The translations under genes were made by a program, and so were the position numbers. Of a stretch of 64,000 bases of DNA, positions 12,770 through 23,591 are shown piece after piece. Each line of letters starts with the position of its first letter. Position 1 is the stretch's first letter. The notes beneath the pieces are model-generated. The model made no database searches. It worked only from the letters and a program-made list of their open reading frames with translations, and was not told the DNA's origin. The stretch is from the NCBI GenBank assembly GCA_947085325.1, contig CAMTVY010000010.1, forward strand, positions 121,276 through 185,275. Direction: 5' to 3'. This DNA comes from an uncultured Gammaproteobacteria bacterium. Lineage in GTDB: Bacteria; Pseudomonadota; Gammaproteobacteria; SURF-13.

Positions 12770-13234
12770 ATGCGCAAGGACTCCGCACGGTTGCAGGAAC
12801 TCATCGCGCCGCTGGTGGCTGCGTTGGGCTGCGAACTGGTAGGTGTGGTACATGTGCCGCAGGGGCGCCATTCGCTGTTGCGGGTGTACATTGACAGTGC
12901 CGCCGGTATTACGCTCGACGATTGTGAGCGCGTCAGTCACCAGATCAGCGGTGTGCTGGATGTGGAAGACCCGATCAGGGGCCAGTATGTGCTGGAGGTG
13001 TCTTCTCCGGGACTGGAGCGGCCATTGTTCGGCAAGGAGCAGTTTGCGCGCTTTGCGGGCCAGCGCGCCAAGGTGCGGTTACATACGCCCTTGAATGGCC
13101 GCCGCAACTTTACCGGCATGCTGGCCGGGATGCGTGACGGGCAGGTGGTGATAGTGGAAGACGGAGCGGAGTTTGCGCTGCCGTTCGAGAACATCGACAA
13201 GGCGCAACTGGTGCCGGAGTACAGTAGCAAGTAG
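12770..13234 (+). CDS. rimP: ribosome maturation factor RimP
   Basis: MRKDSARLQELIAPLVAALGCELVGV... is RimP. Start at the ATG after the terminator; the longer ORF from 12701 runs through the terminator. Confidence 0.9.
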   Translation: MRKDSARLQELIAPLVAALGCELVGVVHVPQGRHSLLRVYIDSAAGITLDDCERVSHQISGVLDVEDPIRGQYVLEVSSPGLERPLFGKEQFARFAGQRAKVRLHTPLNGRRNFTGMLAGMRDGQVVIVEDGAEFALPFENIDKAQLVPEYSSK

Positions 13235-13320
13235 CAAGAAGCGCGTATGAACCTGTGCGCCCGCTTTTTTCCTGTCACTTGCCACTTGTATCTTGATAAC
13301 TGTAGTTATTAGGTGACGCC

Positions 13321-14823
13321 ATGAACAAGGAAATTTTACTGGTGGTGGATGCGGTGTCCAATGAAAAGGGCGTTGCGAAATCCATTATCTTCGAGGCCAT
13401 CGAGGCCGCGCTCGCCATGGCGACCAAAAAACGCCACGGCGAGGAGATCGACGTGCGCGTTACCATCGACCGCGACAGCGGGGACTACCAGACCTTTCGC
13501 CGCTGGCGGGTGGTGGACAATGCCGCCGAGGATTTTCAGCCCGAGAGCCAGTTGAAGCTCATGGATGCCGAAGATGTCCGGCCGGGCATCACGCTGGATG
13601 AATACATCGAAGAGCCGTTGGAGTCGGTGAGCTTTGGCCGCATCGGTGCGCAGACCGCCAAGCAGGTTATTGTGCAGAAGGTGCGCGAAGCCGAGCGCGC
13701 ACAGGTGGTGGAGGCGTACAAGGAGCGCATAGGCGAGCTGGTCACCGGTGTGGTGAAGCGCATCGAGCGCGGCAGCGTGTTGCTTGATCTGGGCAACAAT
13801 GTCGAGGCCCTTGTCAGCCGCGACGACATGATTCCGCGTGAGCCGGTGCGCTCCGGTGACCGCCTGCGTGGCTATTTGTATGAGGTGCGGGCCGAGGTGC
13901 GTGGACCGCAGCTGTTTGTCAGCCGTACCGCGCCTGAGCTGCTGATCGAGCTGTTCAAGCTCGAGGTGCCGGAGATCAGTTCCGGCCTGATCGAGATCAA
14001 GGGCGCTGCGCGCGACCCCGGCCTGCGCGCCAAGATCGGCGTCAAGGGCAACGATGCGCGTATCGACCCGGTCGGCGCCTGCGTCGGTATGCGCGGTTCG
14101 CGCGTGCAGGCGGTATCGAGCGAGATTGCCGGTGAGCGCGTCGACATCATCCTGTGGAATGAAAACCCCGCGCAGTACGTGATCAACGCCATGTCGCCCG
14201 CCGAGGTACAGTCCATCGTGGTGGACGAGGACACGCACAGCATGGATGTCGCCGTGGCCGAAGACCAGCTCTCGCAGGCCATCGGTCGCAACGGCCAGAA
14301 CGTGCGTCTTGCCAGCCAGCTCACCGGCTGGGAGTTGAACGTGATGTCCGAGGCGCAAGCCGACGAAAAGAGCGAGGGCGAGTCCGAGGAACTGCGCAAG
14401 CTGTTCATGGAACAGCTGGATGTGGACGAAGATGTGGCTGCGATTCTGGTGCAGGAAGGTTTCTCCAGCATCGAAGAGGTGGCCTATGTGCCGGCGCAGG
14501 AGATGGTCGCCATCGAGGAATTCGATGAGCAGATCGTGGAGGAGCTGCGCAGCCGCGCCAAGGACGTATTGCTTACCCGTGCCATTGCCAAGGAAGAGGT
14601 GCTGGGCACGGCGCAGGCCGCACCCGACCTGCTCGCTATGGAAGGCATGGATCCGCGCCTGGCGCAGATACTGGCCAGCCGCGGCATAGTGACCATGGAG
14701 GATCTGGCCGAGCAATCGGTAGACGAGCTGCTCGACATCGATGGCATGGACGCCGAGCGCGCCAGCCAGCTCATTATGACGGCGCGCGCGCCGTGGTTTG
14801 CCGGCGAAGAGCAGGGTTCGTGA
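13321..14823 (+). CDS. nusA: transcription termination/antitermination protein NusA
   Basis: [18 protein letters not shown]..., with the S1, KH and two AR domains. Confidence 0.97.
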   Translation: MNKEILLVVDAVSNEKGVAKSIIFEAIEAALAMATKKRHGEEIDVRVTIDRDSGDYQTFRRWRVVDNAAEDFQPESQLKLMDAEDVRPGITLDEYIEEPLESVSFGRIGAQTAKQVIVQKVREAERAQVVEAYKERIGELVTGVVKRIERGSVLLDLGNNVEALVSRDDMIPREPVRSGDRLRGYLYEVRAEVRGPQLFVSRTAPELLIELFKLEVPEISSGLIEIKGAARDPGLRAKIGVKGNDARIDPVGACVGMRGSRVQAVSSEIAGERVDIILWNENPAQYVINAMSPAEVQSIVVDEDTHSMDVAVAEDQLSQAIGRNGQNVRLASQLTGWELNVMSEAQADEKSEGESEELRKLFMEQLDVDEDVAAILVQEGFSSIEEVAYVPAQEMVAIEEFDEQIVEELRSRAKDVLLTRAIAKEEVLGTAQAAPDLLAMEGMDPRLAQILASRGIVTMEDLAEQSVDELLDIDGMDAERASQLIMTARAPWFAGEEQGS

Positions 14824-14831
14824 GGCTATAA

Positions 14832-17324
14832 ATGTCAGAGGTTACCGTAAGACAGTTTGCCGACGTGGTGGGAACCACGGTAGAGCGTTTGCTGGTTCAG
14901 CTGAGCGAGGCGGGCCTCGTGGGCAAGGGCGCGGATGACATCATCGGCGACAGCGAGAAGCTGCAGTTGCTGACCCATTTGCGGCGCAGTCACGGCGCGA
15001 GCGATGAGCTGGGAACCGCCGAGCCGCGCAAGGTGACACTGAAGCGCAAGACCGTCAGCGCACTCAAGCTGACCGGCGCGCAAGGCAAGGTCAAAACAGT
15101 GAACGTCGAGGTGCGCAAGAAACGCACCTACGTCAAGCGCAGCGTCCTCGAAAGCGAAGATGCCGAGCGGGTGGCAGCGGAAGTCGCGCTGAAACAGGTA
15201 GCCGCTGAAGCTGTACAGCAGCAGCTGGAAGAGACAAAGAAGGCTGAAGCCCAGGCTGTCGCGCGCATCGAGGAAGATGCGCGGGCGCAGGTGGAAGCTG
15301 AGGCCAGGCTCAAGGCGGCGCAGGAAGCCGCTGCACAAGGCACTGCCGTAACACCGGCAGTGCAGCAGCCGGCCAAGCCGGTAGCCGCGCCTGAGAAGGT
15401 CGACAAGAAACCCAAGTGGCGCGGCGAGCGTGCAAGCGGTACCAAATACGGGCGTGAAGAGCTGCACATTGCCACCGACCTCTCGGGGCGGCGCAAGAAA
15501 AAACATCGGGCGAGCGGCGTGGTTGTCACTGGTGCGCCCAAGCACGGCTTCGAACGTCCCACTGCCCCCATCGTGCACGAGGTCGGCATTCCGGAAACCA
15601 TCACCGTAGCTGAGCTGGCGCAACGCATGTCGGTGAAGGCCGCCGAACTCATCAAGGCGATGATGAAGCTCGGCAGCATGGCTACCATCAATCAGGTCAT
15701 TGACCAGGACACGGCCGCCATCGTGGTGGAGGCGATGGGCCATGTGCCCAAGTTACTGGCAGAGAATGCGCTGGAGGCGGGGCTTGGGCAGGATGAGAAG
15801 CAGGCGGGTGACAAGGTCGCGCGCGCGCCGGTGGTCACCATTATGGGCCACGTAGATCACGGCAAGACTTCGCTGCTCGATTATATCCGTCGCACCAAGG
15901 TCGCGACGGGTGAGGCGGGGGGTATCACGCAGCATATCGGCGCCTATCATGTGGAAACGCCGAAGGGTATGATCACCTTTCTCGACACACCCGGCCACGC
16001 CGCTTTTACCTCCATGCGTGCACGCGGCGCGAAGCTCACCGATATCGTGGTGCTGGTGGTGGCGGCCGATGATGGCGCCATGCCGCAAACCATTGAGGCG
16101 ATTCAGCATGCCAAGGCAGCCTCTGTTCCGATCGTGGTGGCGGTGAACAAAATAGACAAGCCCGAGGCTGACCCTGAGCGGGTACGACAGGATCTGGTCA
16201 AATATGAAGTAGTGCCGGACGATTGGGGTGGCGACACGATTTTCACCAATGTTTCAGCCAGGACCGGCGAGAATGTAGATGCCCTGCTCGATTCCATACT
16301 GGTGCAGGCCGAAGTGCTTGAACTCAAGGCGCACATGGATGTTCCTGCATCCGGCGTGGTGGTGGAGTCGAGCCTGGACAAGGGCCGTGGCCCGGTGGCT
16401 ACGGTGCTGGTGCAAAACGGTGTGCTGCGCAAGGGCGACATGCTGCTCGCCGGTTCCGAGTACGGCCGTGTGCGCGCGCTGCTGGATGAGAATGGTGCGC
16501 AGGTGGACGCAGCCGGGCCGTCGGTGCCGGTGGTGGTGCTGGGGTTATCCGGTACGCCCAATGCAGGCGACGACGTGCTGGTGGTGAAAGATGAACGCAA
16601 GGCGCGCGAGGTTGCGTTGTTCCGGCAAGGCAAGTTCCGCGATGTGAAGCTGGCGCGCGAGCGTGCCGACAAGCCGGAAAATGCCTTCACCCAGATGGAA
16701 GAGGGCAAGGTCAGCACCCTTAACATCATCATCAAGGCCGATGTGCAGGGTTCCGCCGAAGCGCTGACGGAGTCGCTGAAGAAGCTGTCGACGGATGAGG
16801 TGCGGGTGAGAATCATCTCCAGCGGTGTCGGCGGCATCAACGAGTCGGATGCCACCCTCGCCATGGCGTCGCAGGCATTGCTGGTCGGATTTAATACCCG
16901 TGCTGATGCCACCGCGCGCCGCCTGGTGTCCGAGCACGGTGTGGATATGCGCTACTACAGCGTGATTTATAACGTGATCGACGACGTGCGGGCCGCGATG
17001 ACGGGCATGCTGGCACCTGAATTCCAGGAGCAGATCATCGGGCTGGCCGAGGTGCGCGATGTCTTCAAGTCATCCAAAATGGGTGCGGTTGCGGGCTGCA
17101 TCGTGGCGGAAGGCGCGGTGCGGCGCAATAATCCCATCCGTGTCCTGCGCAACAACGTGGTGATCTACGAGGGTGAGCTCGAGTCGCTGCGCCGCTTCAA
17201 GGACGACGTGAACGAAGTGCGCGCCGGCACCGAATGCGGCATCGGCGTCAAGAACTACAACGACGTCAAACCCGGCGACCAGATCGAGGTCTTCGAGCGC
17301 GTGCAGGTAACACGTAAACTCTAA
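14832..17324 (+). CDS. infB: translation initiation factor IF-2
   Basis: GTPase G domain [17 protein letters not shown], full-length IF-2. Confidence 0.97.
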   Translation: MSEVTVRQFADVVGTTVERLLVQLSEAGLVGKGADDIIGDSEKLQLLTHLRRSHGASDELGTAEPRKVTLKRKTVSALKLTGAQGKVKTVNVEVRKKRTYVKRSVLESEDAERVAAEVALKQVAAEAVQQQLEETKKAEAQAVARIEEDARAQVEAEARLKAAQEAAAQGTAVTPAVQQPAKPVAAPEKVDKKPKWRGERASGTKYGREELHIATDLSGRRKKKHRASGVVVTGAPKHGFERPTAPIVHEVGIPETITVAELAQRMSVKAAELIKAMMKLGSMATINQVIDQDTAAIVVEAMGHVPKLLAENALEAGLGQDEKQAGDKVARAPVVTIMGHVDHGKTSLLDYIRRTKVATGEAGGITQHIGAYHVETPKGMITFLDTPGHAAFTSMRARGAKLTDIVVLVVAADDGAMPQTIEAIQHAKAASVPIVVAVNKIDKPEADPERVRQDLVKYEVVPDDWGGDTIFTNVSARTGENVDALLDSILVQAEVLELKAHMDVPASGVVVESSLDKGRGPVATVLVQNGVLRKGDMLLAGSEYGRVRALLDENGAQVDAAGPSVPVVVLGLSGTPNAGDDVLVVKDERKAREVALFRQGKFRDVKLARERADKPENAFTQMEEGKVSTLNIIIKADVQGSAEALTESLKKLSTDEVRVRIISSGVGGINESDATLAMASQALLVGFNTRADATARRLVSEHGVDMRYYSVIYNVIDDVRAAMTGMLAPEFQEQIIGLAEVRDVFKSSKMGAVAGCIVAEGAVRRNNPIRVLRNNVVIYEGELESLRRFKDDVNEVRAGTECGIGVKNYNDVKPGDQIEVFERVQVTRKL

Positions 17325-17343
17325 AATATAGATATTTAAGAGA

Positions 17344-17424
17344 AAAGATACAAGATACAAGGTACAAGTTAATGACAAACCCGTTCAGTATTTTCTTGTA
17401 TCTTTCCCCTTGTATCTTGTATCT
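17344..17424 (+). promoter_or_regulatory. long perfect inverted repeat (probable RNA hairpin) in the AT-rich infB-rbfA spacer
   Basis: AAAGATACAAGATACAAGG (17344-17362) pairs with CCTTGTATCTTGTATCT (17408-17424) as a 17-bp perfect stem. The right arm ends 6 nt before the rbfA ATG. Confidence 0.5.
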
Positions 17425-17430
17425 GCCTTT

Positions 17431-17811
17431 ATGAAAGAATTCAGCCGAACCCTGCGCATTGCAGAAGACATCAAGCGTGATGTCGCTGCCATGGTGCAAA
17501 GCGAGATCAAGGATCCGCGTGTCGGTATGGTTACCATCTCCCGCGTCGAGGTTTCACCCGACCTGGTGCATGCCAAGGTGTTTGTTACCCTGATGGATGA
17601 CGGGCACGAACTTGCCGCCAGCCTGCAGGCGCTGAATCATGCGGCGGGCTACCTGCGTCGTGCACTGGCGAAACGGCTGCGACTGCGTATCGTGCCGCAG
17701 TTGCGCTTTGTGCATGACGAGAGCGTGGTGCGCGGTGCGCGCCTGTCCGCATTGATTGATGCTGCGGTGGCAGCGGATCGTGGCTCCAGCAAGGCGTATG
17801 ACAAGCAGTGA
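17431..17811 (+). CDS. rbfA: ribosome-binding factor A
   Basis: MKEFSRTLRIAEDIKRDVAAMVQSEIKDPRVGMVTISRVEVSPDL aligns with E. coli RbfA. Confidence 0.9.
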   Translation: MKEFSRTLRIAEDIKRDVAAMVQSEIKDPRVGMVTISRVEVSPDLVHAKVFVTLMDDGHELAASLQALNHAAGYLRRALAKRLRLRIVPQLRFVHDESVVRGARLSALIDAAVAADRGSSKAYDKQ

Positions 17812-17815
17812 ACCC

Positions 17816-18736
17816 GTGACACGCCAGCGCCGTGGACGGGACGTGCACGGCATAGTGCTGCTCGACAAACCCTCCGGTATCAGCTCCAACGCAGCGCTGC
17901 AAATTACCAAACGGCTCTATCAGGCGCGCAAGGCAGGCCACTGCGGCAGCCTTGATCCGCTCGCCAGCGGTCTGTTGCCGCTGTGTTTGGGTGAGGCGAC
18001 CAAGGTGGCGGGCTTCCTGCTGACCACCGACAAGCACTACCAGACGCGCTGCCGCCTGGGGGTCACCACTACCACAGGGGATGCCGAGGGCGAGGTGCTG
18101 GCCGTGCAACCGGTCGGGGCGTACTCCATGGCAGAGCTGGAGAGCGTGCTGGCAGGCTTTCGGGGTGAGCAGCAGCAGGTTCCGCCCATGCATTCGGCAC
18201 TCAAGCAGCAGGGCCAGCCGCTCTACAAGCTGGCCCACCGGGGCTTGTCGGTAGAGCGCGCGCCCCGCACCATCAGTGTGAATGAGCTGCGGCTGGTGCA
18301 TTACAGCGGTGACGAGCTGACCCTGGAGGTCGCATGCTCCAAGGGCACGTATATCCGCACGTTGGTGGAGGATATCGGCGTCCGTCTCGGTTGCGGGGCG
18401 CATGTTACTGCGTTGCGCCGCACTGGCGCGGGCGGTTACAGGGTGGAGGATGCCATTTCCCTGCCAGCCTTGCAGGTGCTGGCCGGACAGGGCCCGGAAA
18501 GCCTGGATCAGCTGTTGCTGCCGATGCAGAGCGCCCTGGCGGGCTGGCCGCAGCTGCGATTATCCGAGGATTCGACCTATTATTTACAGCGCGGACAGGC
18601 CGTTTTCGTGCCGCAGGCACCAGCCTCCGGCTGGGTTTCACTGTATGCGGCGGACGAACGCTTTCTTGGTATGGGAGAAATGCTGGGGGATGGCCGGGTG
18701 ACTCCGCGCCGCCTGATCAACTACCCCGCCTGCTAA
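17816..18736 (+). CDS. truB: tRNA pseudouridine(55) synthase TruB
   Basis: (V)TRQRRGRDVHGIVLLDKPSGISSNAALQ...GHCGSLDPLASGLLPLCLGEATK aligns with E. coli TruB. GTG start just after the rbfA stop. Confidence 0.92.
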   Translation: MTRQRRGRDVHGIVLLDKPSGISSNAALQITKRLYQARKAGHCGSLDPLASGLLPLCLGEATKVAGFLLTTDKHYQTRCRLGVTTTTGDAEGEVLAVQPVGAYSMAELESVLAGFRGEQQQVPPMHSALKQQGQPLYKLAHRGLSVERAPRTISVNELRLVHYSGDELTLEVACSKGTYIRTLVEDIGVRLGCGAHVTALRRTGAGGYRVEDAISLPALQVLAGQGPESLDQLLLPMQSALAGWPQLRLSEDSTYYLQRGQAVFVPQAPASGWVSLYAADERFLGMGEMLGDGRVTPRRLINYPAC

Positions 18737-18833
18737 ACTCCGGCCAGGCGCAATGCATGCTTCCCAAATCGGGCTGTTTCCGCTAAAATATTGCACTCTC
18801 AATTGAATGAATGAACGTAGCCAGGAGCCGTAC

Positions 18834-19103
18834 ATGTCGCTCAGCGTCGAACAAAAGAGCAAGGTTATACAGGATCACCAGCGTGCCGCCAATGACACCG
18901 GGTCGCCCGAGGTGCAGGTCGCGTTACTGTCCACCAACATTGACCAGTTGTCGAGCCACTTCAAGGCCCACATCCACGATCATCACTCCCGCCAGGGTCT
19001 GCTGCGCATGGTGAGCCAGCGCCGCAAGCTGCTCGACTATCTCAAAAAGAAAAATGTGGATAGCTACCGCAAACTCATCGCACGGCTGGGTCTGCGTAAA
19101 TAA
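18834..19103 (+). CDS. rpsO: 30S ribosomal protein S15
   Basis: [36 protein letters not shown]... is S15. Confidence 0.93.
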   Translation: MSLSVEQKSKVIQDHQRAANDTGSPEVQVALLSTNIDQLSSHFKAHIHDHHSRQGLLRMVSQRRKLLDYLKKKNVDSYRKLIARLGLRK

Positions 19104-19162
19104 CAGACCCGAGTTGCCGCCCCCCGCCTGATGTGCCGTTCATTCGTATAAGGAACCAATCC

Positions 19163-21244
19163 GTGCCCTCCATCAAAAAGACCTTTCAGTACGGTGACCA
19201 TGCAGTCACGATAGAAACCGGTGAAATTGCACGCCAGGCCTCCGGCGCCGTGATGATCAGTATGGGCGACACCGTGGTGATGGTGACTGCGGTCGGCATC
19301 AAGGAAGCCAAGGAGGGGCGTGATTTCTTTCCGCTCACCGTCAACTACCAGGAACGTACCTACGCCGCCGGCAAGATCCCCGGCGGTTTTTTCAAGCGCG
19401 AAGGCCGCCCGAGTGAAAAGGAAACCCTCACCTCGCGCCTGATCGACCGTCCGTTACGTCCGCTGTTCCCGAAGGGCTTTCTCAACGAAGTGCAGGTGAT
19501 TGCCACCGTGGTGTCGATCGATCCCGAGATCGATTCCGACATTCCGGCGATGCTGGGCGCCTCGGCGGCGGTAGCGCTCTCCGGCATTCCGTTCAGCGGC
19601 CCCATCGGCGCCGCGCGCATCGGTTATAACGACGGCAAGTATTTGCTCAACCCCAGCCGCAGCCAGTTGCAGGATTCGGCGCTCGATCTGGTGGTGGCAG
19701 GCACCGAGAACGCCGTGTTGATGGTGGAGTCGGATGCGCGCGAGCTGGCAGAAGACGTGATGCTGGGTGCGGTGATGTTTGGCCATGAACAGATGCAGAT
19801 CGCCATCAAGGCGATCCGTGAACTGGCTGCTGCTGCGGCCCAGCCCGCGTGGAGCTGGCAGGCCGCGACCAAGGATGCCGAACTGCTGGCCGCTGTCGCA
19901 GCGGCAGGCGAGAGCGCCATCAACGAGGCCTATCAGCTGCGTGAGAAGCAGGCGCGCCAGCAGCGTCTGGCGGAGATTCGCACCACGGTGCTGGCCAAGC
20001 TGGCGCCGGAAGGCTCGGGCACGGCAGAGGCCGTCAAGCACGCGATCGAATCCCTGGAGAAGAAGGTCGTGCGCGGGCGCATCCTCAAGGGTGAGCCGCG
20101 CATCGACGGCCGTGACACCCGCAGCATACGCCCGATCACGGTACGCACCGGCGTGTTGCCGCGTACCCACGGTTCCGCCCTGTTCACGCGCGGCGAGACG
20201 CAGGCGCTGGTGGTGGCCACGCTCGGCACCGGGCGTGATGCACAGCTTATTGACGCCATTGAAGGTGGGCGCAAAGAGCCGTTCATGCTGCACTACAATT
20301 TCCCGCCTTCCTGTACCGGCGAGACCGGCATGGTGGGCAGCCCCAAGCGGCGCGAGATCGGCCACGGACGGCTTGCCAAGCGCGGTGTCGCGGCAGTCAT
20401 GCCGGGCATGGACGAATTTCCGTATGTGATCCGTGTGGTGTCCGAGATTACGGAATCGAATGGTTCAAGCTCGATGGCGAGCGTGTGCGGCAGCAGTCTG
20501 GCGTTGATGGATGCCGGTGTGCCGATCAAGTCGCCAGTGGCGGGTATCGCCATGGGCCTGATCAAGGAAGGCGATGGTTTTGCGGTGTTGTCCGACATTC
20601 TGGGTGACGAAGATCACCTGGGCGACATGGATTTCAAGGTGGCGGGTACCGCGCAGGGTGTGACCGCGCTGCAAATGGATATCAAGATCGACGGCATCAC
20701 GCGCGAGATCATGGCAGCGGCACTGGTGCAGGCCAAGGAAGGCCGCCTGCATATCCTCGGCATCATGAACGAGGCGCTGTCATCTCCGCGCAGCCAGATG
20801 TCCGACTACGCCCCGCGCATCATCAGCTTCAAGATACATCCGGACAAGATCCGTGATGTGATTGGCAAGGGTGGCGCCACCATCCGCGCTATCACCGAAG
20901 AGACCGGCGCCACCATCGATATCGTTGACGATGGCACGGTGAAGATCGCCTCGGTGGACAAGGCCGCCGGGCTGGAGGCACGCCGCCGGGTGGAAGAGAT
21001 TACTGCCGACGTCGAGGTTGGGCGTGTCTATGAAGGCCGCGTGGCGAAACTCATGGACTTCGGCGCGTTCGTTACCATCCTGCCGGGCCGCGACGGCCTG
21101 GTGCACATCTCACAGATATCCGAGGAGCGCGTCGAGAACGTCAGCGACAAGCTTACCGAGGGCGAGCTGGTGCGCGTCAAGGTGCTTGAGGTCGACAAGC
21201 AGGGGCGGATTCGCCTCAGCATGAAGGCAGCACTGATCAGCTGA
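19163..21244 (+). CDS. pnp: polyribonucleotide nucleotidyltransferase (PNPase)
   Basis: Full PNPase (two RNase PH domains, KH, S1). GTG start chosen by alignment with E. coli ([22 protein letters not shown]). The ORF is open from 19133. Confidence 0.93.
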   Translation: MPSIKKTFQYGDHAVTIETGEIARQASGAVMISMGDTVVMVTAVGIKEAKEGRDFFPLTVNYQERTYAAGKIPGGFFKREGRPSEKETLTSRLIDRPLRPLFPKGFLNEVQVIATVVSIDPEIDSDIPAMLGASAAVALSGIPFSGPIGAARIGYNDGKYLLNPSRSQLQDSALDLVVAGTENAVLMVESDARELAEDVMLGAVMFGHEQMQIAIKAIRELAAAAAQPAWSWQAATKDAELLAAVAAAGESAINEAYQLREKQARQQRLAEIRTTVLAKLAPEGSGTAEAVKHAIESLEKKVVRGRILKGEPRIDGRDTRSIRPITVRTGVLPRTHGSALFTRGETQALVVATLGTGRDAQLIDAIEGGRKEPFMLHYNFPPSCTGETGMVGSPKRREIGHGRLAKRGVAAVMPGMDEFPYVIRVVSEITESNGSSSMASVCGSSLALMDAGVPIKSPVAGIAMGLIKEGDGFAVLSDILGDEDHLGDMDFKVAGTAQGVTALQMDIKIDGITREIMAAALVQAKEGRLHILGIMNEALSSPRSQMSDYAPRIISFKIHPDKIRDVIGKGGATIRAITEETGATIDIVDDGTVKIASVDKAAGLEARRRVEEITADVEVGRVYEGRVAKLMDFGAFVTILPGRDGLVHISQISEERVENVSDKLTEGELVRVKVLEVDKQGRIRLSMKAALIS

Positions 21245-21248
21245 TATC

Positions 21249-21270
21249 CCCGGGCCCGTGTCCGGGCCCG
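21249..21270. terminator. GC hairpin between convergent pnp and CDGSH genes
   Basis: CCGGGCCCG-tgtc-CGGGCCCGG, a 9-bp perfect stem with no clear U tract. Confidence 0.4.
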
Positions 21271-21282
21271 GTTCACACCGTC

Positions 21283-21519
21283 TTACAGCTGTTGGTGGGT
21301 GCCGTCGCAGTAAGGCGGCGTTCGCGTACGCTTGCAGCCGCACAGCGCCACCTTGGTCTTTTCCTTCAGCGTGAACTCCAGCGGTGTGATGCCGGTGCCT
21401 TGATGGGAGCCGTCGCAAAACGGCTGGTTAGCGGAGCGGCCACAGGCACACCACCAATATGCGCCAGCCTCCAGCGTCAGCATAAAAGGAGATTTCTGCG
21501 CAATCACGGCCTCTGTCAT
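21283..21519 (-). CDS. CDGSH iron-sulfur domain-containing protein
   Basis: Two CDGSH motifs (CACGRSANQPFCDGSH and CGCKRTRTPPYCDGTH). Confidence 0.85.
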   Translation of the reverse strand: MTEAVIAQKSPFMLTLEAGAYWWCACGRSANQPFCDGSHQGTGITPLEFTLKEKTKVALCGCKRTRTPPYCDGTHQQL

Positions 21520-21647
21520 ACTAGCTCCCTGTATCAGGTCATGGTGGAAGACATCCGTCCGCAGTATAGCGCGCCAACCCGCAGAATGATGGTATCAGCC
21601 CCATGCCTGACATCCCGTCCGTCGTAACTCACCGCTCCTCTTCCGCC

Positions 21648-22259
21648 ATGCCAAGCGTCGTCTTGCGGGCCCGGCTGCGTGTCGAGAAGCTGACCAGTCA
21701 CAGTTTTGGACCCATCAGCTTCAGCCTCGATGAGGGTGAGTGCATGTGCCTCAGTGGCCCCTCCGGGTCGGGCAAAACACTGCTGCTGCGCGCCCTTGCA
21801 GACCTGGATCCGCACGGTGGCGAGGTGTCACTGGATGAGGTCGAGTGCCGGAATATGCGCGGACATGTGTGGCGCCGGTACGTGGGCATGCTGCCGGCGG
21901 AGAGTCAGTGGTGGTGGCCGACGGTGGGCGAGCACTTCAACGAGATAGATGCAGAGAAGCTCGAATGGCTGGGGTTTGAGCGCACTGTCATGGGCTGGCC
22001 GGTGACGCGCCTGTCGAGTGGCGAGCGCCAACGCCTGGCATTGTTGCGCCTGCTGGCACATCAGCCGCGGGTGCTGCTGCTGGACGAGGCCAGCGCCAAT
22101 CTGGATGACAGCAACGTGCGTCGCGTAGAGACCTTGATCGCAGATTATCGCGCCCGGCATGGCGCCTGCGTGGTGTGGGTCAGTCATGACATGCAGCAGA
22201 TTGCGCGCATCGGCGGGCGTCACTGCATGCTGGCAGACGGCAGGCTGGAGAGCGCATGA
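21648..22259 (+). CDS. fetA: ABC transporter ATP-binding protein, FetA/YbbL-type (putative iron export)
   Basis: Walker A GPSGSGKT, signature LSSGERQR, Walker B LLLDEA. About 200 aa like E. coli YbbL. Overlaps the permease gene by ATGA. Confidence 0.8.
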   Translation: MPSVVLRARLRVEKLTSHSFGPISFSLDEGECMCLSGPSGSGKTLLLRALADLDPHGGEVSLDEVECRNMRGHVWRRYVGMLPAESQWWWPTVGEHFNEIDAEKLEWLGFERTVMGWPVTRLSSGERQRLALLRLLAHQPRVLLLDEASANLDDSNVRRVETLIADYRARHGACVVWVSHDMQQIARIGGRHCMLADGRLESA

Positions 22260-23053
22260 ATGTCATAGTTTTGAGTCCGTGGGCGCTCGCGCTGGCGGCA
22301 GTACTGGTGCTGGCGCTGGCGCTGCTTTCGCTACGGCTGCGACTCACGCTGACGCAGGAAATCATCATTGCGGCGCTGCGTACCACGGTGCAGTTGTTGC
22401 TGGTGGGTCTGGTGCTCAAGACGCTGTTCACGCATGTCCATCTGGGCTGGGTGGTGCTGATAGCATGCGTGATGTTGCTGATAGCGGGACGTGAAGTGGT
22501 TGCGCGCCAACGCCATGGTTACGCCGGCGTCTGGGGCTTTGGCATGAGCATACTGTCCATGTTTGTCGCCTCGTTTTCGGTGACCGTGCTCGCCCTGGTG
22601 GTGTTTATAGGCCCCACGCCCTGGTATACACCGCAATATTCCATTCCTCTGCTGGGCATGATGCTGGGAAATACCATGAGCGGTGTGGCGCTCGCGATTG
22701 ATCGTCTGACCCAGACCGCATGGCACCAGCGCGCGCAGATCGAGGCGCGGCTGCTGCTGGGGCAGGATTGGTCAGAGAGTGTGAGTGGCCTGCGCCGTGA
22801 CGCGGTGCGGGTGGGGCTGATTCCCACCATCAACGCCATGGCGGCGGCAGGCGTGGTGAGCTTGCCCGGCATGATGACCGGGCAGATACTGGCAGGTACG
22901 CCGCCGCTGGAGGCGGTAAAGTACCAGATACTGATCATGTTTCTGGTGACCGCAAGCACCGGCTTTGGTACGCTTGCGGCCGTCTGGCTGGGCGCCCGGC
23001 GCCTGTTTGATGAGCGCGAGCGGCTGCGTATCGACCGTTTACGGGCGGAATAG
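22256..23053 (+). CDS. fetB: iron export ABC transporter permease FetB/YbbM (UPF0014)
   Basis: Aligns along its length with E. coli FetB (IQLLLVG...SLPGMMTGQILAG...KYQIMVTF). Confidence 0.85.
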   Translation: MNVIVLSPWALALAAVLVLALALLSLRLRLTLTQEIIIAALRTTVQLLLVGLVLKTLFTHVHLGWVVLIACVMLLIAGREVVARQRHGYAGVWGFGMSILSMFVASFSVTVLALVVFIGPTPWYTPQYSIPLLGMMLGNTMSGVALAIDRLTQTAWHQRAQIEARLLLGQDWSESVSGLRRDAVRVGLIPTINAMAAAGVVSLPGMMTGQILAGTPPLEAVKYQILIMFLVTASTGFGTLAAVWLGARRLFDERERLRIDRLRAE

Positions 23054-23068
23054 CGACAGACCGTAACC

Positions 23069-23512
23069 ATGAAGAAGGCCATGCTGATGTTGCTGTTGTT
23101 GGCGTGCGGCGCTGCCGGTGCGGCGGGTGTGTACACCTGGACTGATGAAAACGGCAAAGTCCACTACGCCGATCAGCCCGGTAACGCAGCGGCGCGCGAG
23201 ATCACCCTGCCTGCCGCACCCGCGCCGGACGAAGGTCAGCGCGAACGTCTGCAGAAGCAGCAGAAACTGCTGGAGGTGTTCGAGGCCGAGCGGGAAGAGA
23301 AGCGCCAGCAGGCATCCAGACACAAGGCCGAGCAGCAGCAGCGAGAGCAGGCGTGCAAGGTTGCCAGAATGCGCCTGAAACAGTACGAGCAGGCCGGTGG
23401 CCTCAGAACGCAAGAGGCCGATGGCACGGAACGCCAGCTTTCAAAGGCAGAGTACCGGCAGGTGCTGGAAGACGCGCGCAAGGCCGTGGCACATTGGTGT
23501 GAGGGGTTTTGA
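23069..23512 (+). CDS. DUF4124 domain-containing secreted protein
   Basis: Signal peptide followed by VYTWTDENGKVHYADQP (the DUF4124 hallmark), then a charged coiled-coil tail. Confidence 0.7.
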   Translation: MKKAMLMLLLLACGAAGAAGVYTWTDENGKVHYADQPGNAAAREITLPAAPAPDEGQRERLQKQQKLLEVFEAEREEKRQQASRHKAEQQQREQACKVARMRLKQYEQAGGLRTQEADGTERQLSKAEYRQVLEDARKAVAHWCEGF

Positions 23513-23591
23513 GTGTGCGCCGTACGGTCAGACGTAAAAGTGGGGTGAGGATGGAGTTTTCTTTGTTGCCTGCAGCCGCTAAGCTAGCACC

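Noticed and set aside
19104-19162. rpsO-pnp intergenic hairpin (GGTCTG...CAGACC) as an annotated terminator or RNase III site
   Set aside because: A stem is visible overlapping the rpsO stop, but no U tract follows and I could not define it confidently by eye, so it is not listed as a feature.
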